A stretch of DNA of 24,000 bases from Geminicoccaceae bacterium. GTDB taxonomy: Bacteria > Pseudomonadota > Alphaproteobacteria > Geminicoccales > Geminicoccaceae. The stretch is taken from NCBI GenBank assembly GCA_046349415.1, contig JAXMCJ010000045.1, positions 6,918 to 30,917 on the forward strand. The letters are read 5' to 3'. Below the pieces are notes generated by a model. The model saw only the letters and a program-made list of their open reading frames with translations, was not told the origin of the DNA and did not search any database. The first letter of the stretch is position 1. Every line of letters begins with the position of its first letter. A program made the position numbers and the translations under genes. Shown here piece after piece: positions 1-8,873 of this stretch.

Positions 1-170
1 TCATGACCGGCGGCGGGCCGGGCACCACCACCGAGACGCTGAGCTTCTATGCCGGCCGCGTCTTCGGCGTGGCGAACTTCCCCTATGCCGCCACGCTCAG
101 CCTGATCACCCTGATCGTGCTCAACATCTCCATGACACTGTTCATCCGGCTGGCGAGGATCCGCCTGTGA
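1..170 (+). CDS. ABC sugar transporter permease (MalF/UgpA-like), C-terminal fragment; 5' end lies outside the window
   Basis: Frame 3 reads ...ETLSFYAGRVFGVANFPYAATLSLITLIVLNISMTLFIRLARIRL*, a hydrophobic permease tail. The stop TGA at 168-170 overlaps the GTG start of the next permease (GTGA). Confidence 0.7.
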   Translation, partial: MTGGGPGTTTETLSFYAGRVFGVANFPYAATLSLITLIVLNISMTLFIRLARIRL

Positions 171-1051
171 GCGGGCTGGGCCACCGGCACCAGCTGCTGC
201 GCGACCTGCTGGCCTGGCTGATCGTGCTTGCTTTCATGTTCCCCCTGTTCTGGTGGGCGCTGGCCTCGATCAAGCCCTACACCGCGATCTTCAACACCAC
301 GCCGGTCTACGCCGGCTTCGAGCCGACGGTGAACAATTACGAGGTGACCCTGCTCGGGCGCTCGCGCGTGGTCGCGGGCGAGGGCGTCGGCGGCACCGCC
401 GGCGGCGGCTCGTCCTACAACTCGCTGCCCTCGATCTACGACAGCCTGATCGTCGCCATCGGCGCCACCGCGCTGACCCTTGTCCTCTCCAGCCTCGCCG
501 CCTACGGCCTGTCGCGCTTCCGCTTCAAGGCGCAGCAGCACTTCATGTTCTTCGTCCTGTCGCAGCGCATGATGCCGCCGATCGCAGTCGCCATCCCGCT
601 GTTCTTCATCTTCCGCGACATCGGACTGCGTGACACCCATCTGGGCCTGATCCTGGCGCACACGCTGATCAACCTGCCGCTCGCCGTGCTGCTGATGAAG
701 AGTTTCTTCGACGACATCCCGGTCGAGCTCGACGAGGCCGCGACCATCGACGGCGCCGGCCGCGTGCAGAGCTTCGCCAAGGTGATCCTGCCGCTGGTCA
801 AGGGCGGCCTCGCCGCCACGGCCGTGCTCTGCTTCATCTTCTCCTGGACCGAATTCCTGATCTCGCTGCAGCTGACCACGAGCATCCGCACGATCCCGGT
901 GAAGATCTCGACTTTCGTCACCTCGACCGGCACCGAATGGGGCTTCATCACGGCTCTGGGGACCGCCGCCCTGCTGCCGAGCTTCCTGTTCATCCTGCTG
1001 GTCCAGAAACATCTCGTCCGCGGTCTGACCCTGGGCTCGCTCAAGGACTGA
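167..1051 (+). CDS. ABC sugar transporter permease (MalG/UgpE-like, CUT1 family)
   Basis: 294-aa ORF with multiple TM segments. It has an EAA-loop-like motif (DEAATIDGAGRVQSFAKVILPL) and a start coupled to the upstream permease. Confidence 0.9.
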   Translation: MSGLGHRHQLLRDLLAWLIVLAFMFPLFWWALASIKPYTAIFNTTPVYAGFEPTVNNYEVTLLGRSRVVAGEGVGGTAGGGSSYNSLPSIYDSLIVAIGATALTLVLSSLAAYGLSRFRFKAQQHFMFFVLSQRMMPPIAVAIPLFFIFRDIGLRDTHLGLILAHTLINLPLAVLLMKSFFDDIPVELDEAATIDGAGRVQSFAKVILPLVKGGLAATAVLCFIFSWTEFLISLQLTTSIRTIPVKISTFVTSTGTEWGFITALGTAALLPSFLFILLVQKHLVRGLTLGSLKD

Positions 1052-1098
1052 CCGCCATGCATCGTCCGCCGGGGCAACATCAGAGGAGGTAACTACCC

Positions 1099-2625
1099 AT
1101 GAGCCTGCGGGACCATGATCGTCGCACCTACATCGCCGACGCCGCGCGCGAGTTCACGCAGCGCCGCATCGGCAAGCGCGAGTTCCTGCGCCGGATGACG
1201 CTCGCGGGTGTCGGCCTGTCCGGCTTCGCCACCACCTTCTTCGGCCAGGGCCGGCCGTTCGGCGGGCTGACGCATGTCGGCACCGACCTCGCCGCCGCCG
1301 AGACGCCCGAGGACGTCAAGAAGTGGCTGGCGGACGTCTCCAAGCCCTTCAAGGGCACCACCATCCGCTTCACCAGCGAGGCGACACCACCCACCATCGT
1401 CGCCAACCAGATCACCAAGGACGAGTTCACCGCCGTAACCGGCATCGACGTCGAGATCGAGATCGTCCCGCTCGAGCAGGTCCTTCAGAAGGCCACGCTC
1501 GACGTGCAGGGCCAGCTCGGCACCTACGACCTCTACTATCTCGACCAGTCCTGGATGGCGACCTTCGCCCAGGACACGATCGACCCGTTCGAGAAATACA
1601 AGGCCAACGCCGAGCTGGCGATGCCCGGCTTCAACTGGGACGACTTCTCCAAGCCGCTGGTCGAAGGCATCTCGATGTATGACGGGAAGATGGTCTCCAT
1701 CCCATTCGACATCCCGATCTTCATCCTGATGTACCGCAAGGACCTGTTCGACAAGCACGGCGTCAAGGTCCCGACCACCATGGAAGAATACATGGCGGCG
1801 GTGAAGGCGATCGACGCCGCCGAGCGCGGCAACGGCATCTTCGGCACCACCGGCCAGCTCAAGTCGGGTCATTACTCGCTCAACTGCGACTGGACCGCCT
1901 GGCTGTGGGGCAATGGCGGCTCGATCTTCGACGCCAGCCAGATGTTCTCCGGCGGCGACGCCGACGGCATCGCCGGCCTCGAATACATGCTCGAGCTGGT
2001 CAAGCACATGCCGCCGGCCGCCACCACCTGGACCTGGGACGGCGAGGGCCAGTCGGTCAGCCAGGGCACGGCCGGCATGCTGATCTCCTGGGGCGAGTTC
2101 TTCCCGGGCTTCGACGGCAAGGACAGCAAGGTCGTCGGGCTGATGGAGGCGGCGCACCCGCCCAAGGAGACCAAGCTGCGCACGCCCGAGCAGGCGGGCT
2201 TCGGCGAGATCCCCCACATCGGCCACCAGGGCGGCTCCGGCCTGGCGCTCTCGGCCTACTCGAAGAACCAGGACGCCGCCTGGATCTACATGCAGTGGAT
2301 CTGCTCGCCCGACGTGATGGCGCGCGTCTCGACGCTGGGCGGCGGCGCCTCGCCGATGCGGCTCTCCTCCTTCAAGGATCCGCGCGTGCTGGCCGCGGCC
2401 AAGGTCGGGCCGGGCACCACCCGCCACTTCCCGGCGATCGAGTGGACCATCAACAACGCCATGGGCTCCGAGCCCGACATGCCGGCCTGGGCCGAGATCT
2501 CGAACAACGTGATCCCGGTTGAGCTCGGCAAGCTGCTGGCCGGCCAATACTCCAGCCCGCAGCAGTGCATGGACGCGATCAAGGGCAAGGCGGACGAGCT
2601 CGCCGCGCCGTTCCGCAAGGCGTAG
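1099..2625 (+). CDS. ABC transporter substrate-binding protein (family 1) with twin-arginine signal
   Basis: 508-aa ORF preceded by the RBS gaggagg. The N-terminus KREFLRRMTLAGVGLSGFATT is Tat-like. It follows two permease genes. Confidence 0.9.
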   Translation: MSLRDHDRRTYIADAAREFTQRRIGKREFLRRMTLAGVGLSGFATTFFGQGRPFGGLTHVGTDLAAAETPEDVKKWLADVSKPFKGTTIRFTSEATPPTIVANQITKDEFTAVTGIDVEIEIVPLEQVLQKATLDVQGQLGTYDLYYLDQSWMATFAQDTIDPFEKYKANAELAMPGFNWDDFSKPLVEGISMYDGKMVSIPFDIPIFILMYRKDLFDKHGVKVPTTMEEYMAAVKAIDAAERGNGIFGTTGQLKSGHYSLNCDWTAWLWGNGGSIFDASQMFSGGDADGIAGLEYMLELVKHMPPAATTWTWDGEGQSVSQGTAGMLISWGEFFPGFDGKDSKVVGLMEAAHPPKETKLRTPEQAGFGEIPHIGHQGGSGLALSAYSKNQDAAWIYMQWICSPDVMARVSTLGGGASPMRLSSFKDPRVLAAAKVGPGTTRHFPAIEWTINNAMGSEPDMPAWAEISNNVIPVELGKLLAGQYSSPQQCMDAIKGKADELAAPFRKA

Positions 2626-2631
2626 CACCCC

Positions 2632-2653
2632 GGGCGGGGCTCCGGCCCCGCCC
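2632..2653 (+). terminator. GC-rich stem-loop directly after the binding-protein gene (possible attenuating terminator or mRNA stabiliser)
   Basis: gggcggggc-tccg-gccccgccc forms a perfect 9-bp stem starting 7 nt after the stop. It is followed by ctcttccctc, so there is no real U-tract. Confidence 0.35.
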
Positions 2654-2674
2654 CTCTTCCCTCGGCTGGACCTG

Positions 2675-4196
2675 ATGGATCTCGTCCTCGGCATCGACAG
2701 CAGCACGACCTCGACCAAGGCGATCGCCTGGGATCGCGCCGGCACGGCCGTGGCCGAGGGCCGCGCCACCCTGCCGATCCGCGATCTCGGCCGCGGCTGG
2801 ATGGAGCAGAGCGTCGAGGATTGGTGGCGCGGGCTGGGCGATGCGCTGCGCGACCTGTTCCGGCAGGTCGACCCGGCACGGGTGATCGCCCTGTCGATCA
2901 GCAACCAGCGCGAGACCGTGGGCTTCCTCGACGAGGCGGGTGCGGAAGTCCGCCCCGCGATCCTCTGGCTCGACGAGCGCTGCCGCGCCGACATCGACCT
3001 GTTCGGCCAGAAGCTGCCGCCCGAGCGCTTCCGCGCCATCACCGGCAAGACGCCCGACCCCACGCCCGCCGTATTCAGCCTGCACTGGCTGCAGCGCTGC
3101 GAGCCCGAAAACTGGGCGCGCACGGCGAGCTTCGTCGACGTGCTGGGCTATCTCGGCTGGCGCCTCACCGGCCGGCGATTGACCAGCTGGGGCAGCGCCG
3201 ATCCGCACGGTCTGATGGATCTCGCCGCCCATCGCTACAGCCCCGAGATCCTAGGCGTCTTCGGCCTGTCCGAGGACCGCTTCTTCCCGATGGTCCGGCC
3301 CGGCGCCGTGGTCGGCGAGGTCGGCGAAGCGGCTGCGGCCGCGACCGGCCTGCGCCCCGGCACCCTGGTGGTCGCCGGCGGCGGCGACGGCCAGGCCTCC
3401 GGCCTCGGTTGCGCCACACTCGGCGCCGGCCGCGCCTATCTCAATCTCGGCACGGCCGCCGTCTCCGGCGTCTGGGGGCCGGCTTCGTCACCTCGCATGC
3501 CTTCCGCACGCTCACCAGCCTGTCGGGCGAGGGCTACATCTACGAGCTGTGCATGCGCACCGGTGCCTTCCTCACCGACTGGAGCGTGCGCCAGCTGTTC
3601 GGCACCGATCCCGCCGCCGACCCCGGCGTCTACGACCGGCTGGAGGCCGAGGCCGCGACCCTCGGCCCCGGAGCGGACGGCGTCCTGCTGCTGCCCTACT
3701 GGTCCGGCACCATGGCGCCGTTCTGGGATCCCGATGCCGGCGGTGCGGTGGTCGGCCTGCGCACCGGCCACGGCCGCGCGCACTACTGGCGCGCCATGCT
3801 GGAGAGCGTCGCCCTGGACTGCGCCATGGGCTACGCCGCGATCGACGAGCTGACCGGCGAGCCGGTCCGCGAGCTGCTGACCATGGGCGGCGGCGCCCGC
3901 TCGCGCCTGATGCGCCAGATCGTGGCCGACAGCAGCGGCCGCACGGTGCTGATCTCCAGCACGCTGGAGGCGAGCTGCCCGGGGCCGCCATGCTCGCCGC
4001 CGCCGGTGCCGGCTGGTATCCCACGCCGGTCGCCGCCGCCCAGGCGATGCAGGGCACCGTCACCGCCACCGTCGAGCCGAACCCGCGCAATCTGGGCGCC
4101 TATGCCGAGCTGCTCGCCATCTACCGCGAGCTCTATCCCGCCTTGCGCGCCACCTTCGCCCGTCTCGCCGACTACCGTGCCCGGGATTTCCGATGA
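2675..4196 (+). pseudogene. FGGY-family carbohydrate kinase (xylulokinase-like) with two -1 frame disruptions
   Basis: The N-terminus MDLVLGIDSSTTSTKAIAWD... runs in frame 2 to about 3478. Homology continues in frame 1 (FVTSHAFRTL...LLLPYWSGTMAPFWD...GGGARSRLMRQIVADSSGRTVLISSTLEAS). It then continues in frame 0 (GAAMLAAAGAGWY...YRARDFR*). The breaks lie at the G5 run 3474-3478 and at ccc/gggg 3978-3984. Length 1522 nt plus 2 gives 508 codons. Confidence 0.85.
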
Positions 4197-5497
4197 CCGC
4201 CTCGTTCCATCCCCTGCCGATCATCGACGACGTCGTCGCCCAGCGCTACCAGGCGCCGGAGCTGGGCGGCCCGCTGCGGCCGCCCTTGCGCCGCATCGCC
4301 GTCGCCGACAGCCTGGAGGGTGCGGAGGCCGAGCTGGTGGCGGGCCTCGAGCTCGGCGCGCGCCTCGCCGTGGTCGGCGACGAGAACACCTGGCCGGTCC
4401 TGGGGGCCCGTGTCGCCGCCGCCCTGCCCGGGGCCGAGCAGATCGTCCTCGACCACCCCAAGGCCGACGAGGCCAATGCCGACCGGCTGCAGGAGCGCGC
4501 CCGCCACGTCGACGGCCTGGTCGCGGTCGGCTCCGGCACCATCAACGACCTGTGCAAGTACGTCACCCACCGCACCGGCCGCCGCTCCGCCGTGTTCGCC
4601 ACCGCCGCCTCGATGGACGGCTACGTCACCACCACGGTCTCGATCACCCGCGGCGGCTTCAAGCTCAGCCTGCCCGCCCAATCGCCCGCGGGCGTGTTCT
4701 TCGACCTCTCCGTCCTCGCCGCCGCCCCCTTGCGCATGATGCGCGCCGGCCTCGGCGACACGGTCTGCCGCAGCACCGCCCAGGTCGACTGGCTGCTCTC
4801 GCACCTGCTGCTCGACACGGTCTATGCCGAGACCCCCTACCGGCTGATGGCCGAGGACGAGCCGCAGCTCTATGCCCTGGCCGACCGCCTGCCGGAGCGC
4901 GACCTCGCGGCCATGCTCTCGCTCACCCGGCTGCTGATCCTCTCCGGGCTCGGCGTGCTGGTCACCAACACCAGCCATTGCGGCTCGATGGGCGAGCACG
5001 CCATCAGCCACTTCATCGACACCTTCGCCAAGCCGCATCCCAAGACGCTGCATGGCGAGCAGGTCGGCATCGCCACCTGGAGCATGGCGCGCCTGCAGGA
5101 GGCGATGCTCGCCTCGCCGGACGCACCCGTCCTCGAGGCACTGCCGGTCGACGAGCAGCGCTACACAGACGATTATGGCCCCCTGGCGCCGAGCTGCCTG
5201 GAGGCCGTGCGCCGCAAGCCGTTCGACCCCGCCGGCACCGAGCGCCTCAACCGCCGACTTGCCGAGCGTTGGCCTGCCATCCGCGAGCGGCTGCTCTCGG
5301 TGATCCTGCCGTCCGTCGAGATCGCGCGCGCGATGCGCGCCGCCGGGGCGCCGCTCACCGCCGCCGAGCTCGGCGTCGACCCCGTCTTCTACCGGCGCGC
5401 GGTCGGCCACGCCCACGAGCTGCGCGACCGCTACTGCTTCCTCGACCTCGCCGCCCAGTCCGGCCGGCTCGCGGAGTTCGCGGCCGGCGAGGGCTGA
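4193..5497 (+). CDS. Iron-containing alcohol dehydrogenase family protein, glycerol-1-phosphate dehydrogenase/AraM-like (COG0371)
   Basis: 434-aa ORF with an ATGA overlap onto the kinase stop. Motifs GSGTINDLCKYV, ASMDGY and GEHAISHFID...HGEQVG are present. Confidence 0.8.
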   Translation: MTASFHPLPIIDDVVAQRYQAPELGGPLRPPLRRIAVADSLEGAEAELVAGLELGARLAVVGDENTWPVLGARVAAALPGAEQIVLDHPKADEANADRLQERARHVDGLVAVGSGTINDLCKYVTHRTGRRSAVFATAASMDGYVTTTVSITRGGFKLSLPAQSPAGVFFDLSVLAAAPLRMMRAGLGDTVCRSTAQVDWLLSHLLLDTVYAETPYRLMAEDEPQLYALADRLPERDLAAMLSLTRLLILSGLGVLVTNTSHCGSMGEHAISHFIDTFAKPHPKTLHGEQVGIATWSMARLQEAMLASPDAPVLEALPVDEQRYTDDYGPLAPSCLEAVRRKPFDPAGTERLNRRLAERWPAIRERLLSVILPSVEIARAMRAAGAPLTAAELGVDPVFYRRAVGHAHELRDRYCFLDLAAQSGRLAEFAAGEG

Positions 5498-6495
5498 TGC
5501 CGGCCAAGGCCTCCCCGCTCGCCGACGAGGAGCGCTCGCCGCTCTCCACCGTGCTCGACCTGCTCTCGACCGACGAGCAGCGCCGCACCCGCATCGCCTG
5601 GCTCTATCACGTCGAGGGGCTGACCCAGGCCCAGATCGCCGACCGCATGGGCCTGAGCCGGGTCAAGGTGGTCCGCGACCTGCAGGTCGGCCGCCAGACC
5701 GGGCTGGTCCAAATCCAGATCAACGGCCGCCTCGCCCCCTGCGTCGCCCTGGAGCGTCGGCTCGAGAAGGCAGCGTTCGCGCTCAAGGAGGCGGTGGTCG
5801 TCCCCACCCCGCAGGACCCCGCCCACCTGCCCGCCACGCTCGGCATCGCCCTCGGCTCCTGGCTGTCCGACCGGCTGCGCGCCGGCCAGACCCTGGCCGT
5901 CGGCTGGGGCCGCACCCTGCACTGGAGCGTGCGCGCCCTGCGCCGCCGCGACCTCGCCGACCTGACCGTGGTGGCGCTGCTCGGCGGCATCGGCCGCGGC
6001 TCCGAGATCAACATGTACGAGACCGCCTCGCGCGTCGCCGAGACGCTGGGCGCGCAATGCTACTACCTCGCCGCCCCCGCCTTCGCCGCCTCGCCCGAGA
6101 TGCGCGACATGCTGCTGGCCCAGGCCGGGCTGCGCGACGTGCTGGAGCGCGCGCGCCGCGCCGACATCGCCCTGGTCAGCGTCGGCACCCTCGGCCCTGC
6201 GGCCACCAACCGCCGCATCGGCCTGCTCGGCGACACCGAGACCGCCGAGCTCCTGGCGGCCGGTGCCGTCGGCGACCTGCTCTGCACCTTCCTCGACCCC
6301 GCCGGCCGCCCCGTCGACCATCCGCTCAACACCTGCTCGGTCGGCCTGCCCGTCGCCGACCTCGCCACGCTGCCCGCCGCCGTCCTGGCCTCGGGCGGCG
6401 TCGAGAAGGTGCCGATGGTGCGGGCAGCACTGGCCGGCCGATATGTGAACCACCTGATCACCGACGAGCGGACGGCGGAGGCGCTGGTGGGTTGA
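5497..6495 (+). CDS. SorC-family sugar-binding transcriptional regulator
   Basis: The ATG at 5497 overlaps the upstream stop (TGATG). An N-terminal HTH (GLTQAQIADRMGLSRVKVVRDLQ) is followed by a SorC sugar-phosphate-binding domain (VGWGRTL...VALLGG...ALVSVG...ASGGVEKV). Length 332 aa. Confidence 0.9.
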   Translation: MPAKASPLADEERSPLSTVLDLLSTDEQRRTRIAWLYHVEGLTQAQIADRMGLSRVKVVRDLQVGRQTGLVQIQINGRLAPCVALERRLEKAAFALKEAVVVPTPQDPAHLPATLGIALGSWLSDRLRAGQTLAVGWGRTLHWSVRALRRRDLADLTVVALLGGIGRGSEINMYETASRVAETLGAQCYYLAAPAFAASPEMRDMLLAQAGLRDVLERARRADIALVSVGTLGPAATNRRIGLLGDTETAELLAAGAVGDLLCTFLDPAGRPVDHPLNTCSVGLPVADLATLPAAVLASGGVEKVPMVRAALAGRYVNHLITDERTAEALVG

Positions 6496-6564
6496 GGCGA
6501 CTTCACGCAGCGACGGTCCGCGGCTAGGCTGGCTCGCCGAATCGGCCGGCAGGGAGGGCCACGA

Positions 6565-8410
6565 ATGACCACCGTCCGTCTCACCATGGCGCAGGCGCTG
6601 GTGCGCTGGCTGATGGCGCAGCGCACCGAGATCGACGGGGCCGAGGTGCCGCTGTTCCCGGGCGTGTTCGCGATCTTCGGCCACGGCAACGTCACCTGCC
6701 TCAGCGAGGCCTTGGAGGCGGTCAAGGACGAGCTGCCGACCTGGCGCGGGCAGAACGAGCAGTCGATGGCGCTGGCGGCGGTCGGCTTCGCCAAGGCCAA
6801 GGCGCGCCGCCAGATCATGGTGGCGGCGAGCTCGATCGGGCCGGGTGCCACCAACATGGTGACCGCGGCGGGCGTCGCGCACGTCAACCGGCTGCCCGTG
6901 CTGCTGCTGTCGGGCGACTACTACGTCTCGCGCCTGCCCGACCCGGTGCTGCAGCAGGTCGAGCATTGGGGCGACCCGACGATCAGCGTCAACGACGCCT
7001 TCAAGCCGGTGACCCGCTACTGGGACCGGATCACCCGGCCGGAGCAGCTGATCCAGTCGCTGCCGCAGGCGCTGGGCGTGCTGCTCGACCCGGCCGACTG
7101 CGGCCCGGCCTTCATCGGCCTGTGCCAGGACGTGCAGGCCGAGGCGTTCGACTATCCGGCGCGGTTCTTCGCCAAGCGCGTGCACCACATCGCGCGGCCG
7201 CGGCCGGACGAGCGGCAGGTCGAGGAAGCGGCCGAGCTGCTGCGCACGGCCAAGAAGCCCTGCTGATCGCCGGCGGCGGCGTGCGCTACAGCGCGGCCGA
7301 GGCGGCGCTGGCCGAGTTCGCGGGCCGGCATCGCGTGCCCGTGGTCGAGACCATCGCCGGGCGCACCGTGCTGGTGCACGACCACCCGATGAACGCCGGG
7401 CCGATCGGCGGGCTCGGCTCCAGCTCGGCCAACCATCTGGCGGCCGAGGCCGACGTGATCCTGGCCGTGGGCACGCGGCTGCAGGACTTCACCACCGGCT
7501 CCTGGTCGCTGTTCGCCGACGACGCCCGCTTCATCGGCCTGAACGCCGCCCGCTTCGACGCGCGCAAGCATCTGGCGCTGCCGGTGGTGGGCGACGCGCA
7601 GGCGGGGCTGAAGGAGCTGGGCACCGCCCTGCACGGCTGGCAGGCAGCCGAACCTGGCTAGGCGACGCGCGCCGGGTCTATGGCGAGTGGAACGCCTTCG
7701 TCGACCAGCGCAGTGGCCCGACCAACGCCGAGCTGCCGACCTATGCCCACGTCGTCGGTGCCGTGAACCGGCTGGCCGAACCGCGCGACCTGGCGCTGAC
7801 CGCGGCCGGCGGGATGCCGGGCGAGCTGTGCATGTGCTGGCGCGCCAAGGAGCCCGCGACCTTCGACTGCGAGTTCGGCTTCTCCTGCATGGGCTACGAG
7901 ATCGCCGGCGGCTGGGGGGCCAAGCTCGCCGATCCCTCGCGCGACGTGATCGTCATGGTCGGCGACGGCAGCTACCTGCTCATGAACAGCGACATCTACA
8001 GCTCGGTGCTCACCGGCATGAAGCTGATCGTCGTGGTCTGCGACAATGGCGGCTTCGCGGTGATCGACCGGCTGCAGCGCGCCAAGGGGATCCCGTCCTT
8101 CAACAACCAGCTGGCCGACACGCGGCATATCGGCGAGCTGGCCAGGGTCGACTTCGCCAAGCATGCCGAATCGATGGGGGCGGTCGGCATCAACGTTTCC
8201 GGCATCGGCGAGCTCGAGGACGCGTTCCGCCGCGCCAAGGCGGCCGACCGGACGACGGTGATCCACATCGACATCCACCCCACCGACTGGACCGAGGGCA
8301 ACGGCTCCTGGTGGGAGTGCGGCACGCCCGAGGTGTCCGAGCGCGCCTCGGTCCGCGCCGCGCGCAAGGAGCACGAGGCCGGCAAGAAGAAGCAGCGGGT
8401 GGGCGTGTGA
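6565..8410 (+). pseudogene. iolD: IolD-like ThDP-dependent enzyme (3D-(3,5/4)-trihydroxycyclohexane-1,2-dione acylhydrolase family) with two -1 frame disruptions
   Basis: Collinear with IolD across three frames. Frame 1 carries RLTMAQALVRWL...FGHGNV...PVTRYWDRITRPEQL up to AKKP at 7260. Frame 0 carries LLIAGGGVRYS...GPIGGLGS...DFTTGS up to about 7653. Frame 2 carries WLGDARRVYGEW...GFSCMGYEIAGG...GDGSYLM...SWWECGTPEVSE...*. Length 1846 nt plus 2 gives 616 codons. Confidence 0.85.
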
Positions 8411-8856
8411 CAGGCCGCCTGCTCGGCATCGCTAGGCGCACCCGGCCCAAGGCGCCGATGGAGGAACTGGCCGAGGCGGAGCTGTCGCCTGAGCGGGGCG
8501 TGGAGGGCGATTTCCGCGGCCGGCCCGGACGGCGGCAGCTCGTGCTGCTGGCGGCGGAGGACTGGGCCGACGCGCTGGCCGACCTTGGCGAGGAAACTTC
8601 ACCCTGGACCGTCCGGCGAGCCAACCTGCTGGTCGAGGGTGTCGAGCTGTCGCGCGGGCCGGCGGCGCGGTTGCGCATCGGCGAGGCGCTGGTCGAGCTG
8701 ACCGGCGAGTGCGACCCCTGCGAGGTCATGGATCGCCAGCGGCCGGGCCTGCGCGCGGCGCTGGAGCCGGACTGGCGCGGCGGGCGCACGGCACGGGTGA
8801 TCGAGGGCGGCCGGCTGCGGGTGGGGGACGCGGTGGTCGAGGCGGAGGACGCGTGA
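8407..8856 (+). CDS. MOSC domain-containing protein
   Basis: The GTG at 8407 overlaps the iolD stop (GTGA). The 149-aa product ends ...LVELTGECDPCEVMDRQRPGLRAAL...RVIEGGRLRVGDAV, which is MOSC-like. Confidence 0.75.
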   Translation: MTGRLLGIARRTRPKAPMEELAEAELSPERGVEGDFRGRPGRRQLVLLAAEDWADALADLGEETSPWTVRRANLLVEGVELSRGPAARLRIGEALVELTGECDPCEVMDRQRPGLRAALEPDWRGGRTARVIEGGRLRVGDAVVEAEDA

Positions 8857-8873
8857 CCACGCCGCCGAGGCCA

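Noticed and set aside
2821-6495. 1224-aa ORF on the + strand, the longest in the window
   Set aside because: It is a GC-rich open frame running across four genes. Only its middle-kinase segment (about 3480-3975) and its last 332 codons (the SorC regulator) match real protein families. The rest is Arg/Pro/Ala-rich out-of-frame translation of the kinase and Fe-ADH genes.
1-6495. FGGY kinase plus SorC regulator plus ABC transporter considered as a possible lsr (autoinducer-2) operon (LsrK/LsrR/LsrACDB)
   Set aside because: The transporter is CUT1/MalFG-type with a 508-aa family-1 binding protein, not the ribose-type Lsr system. No LsrF or LsrG equivalents are present.
3470-7660. Programmed ribosomal frameshifting as an explanation for the four frame breaks
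   Set aside because: I recognised no slippery heptamer or downstream stimulatory structure. There are two breaks per gene in metabolic enzymes that are single-frame in other organisms. Mutation or sequencing error is far more likely.
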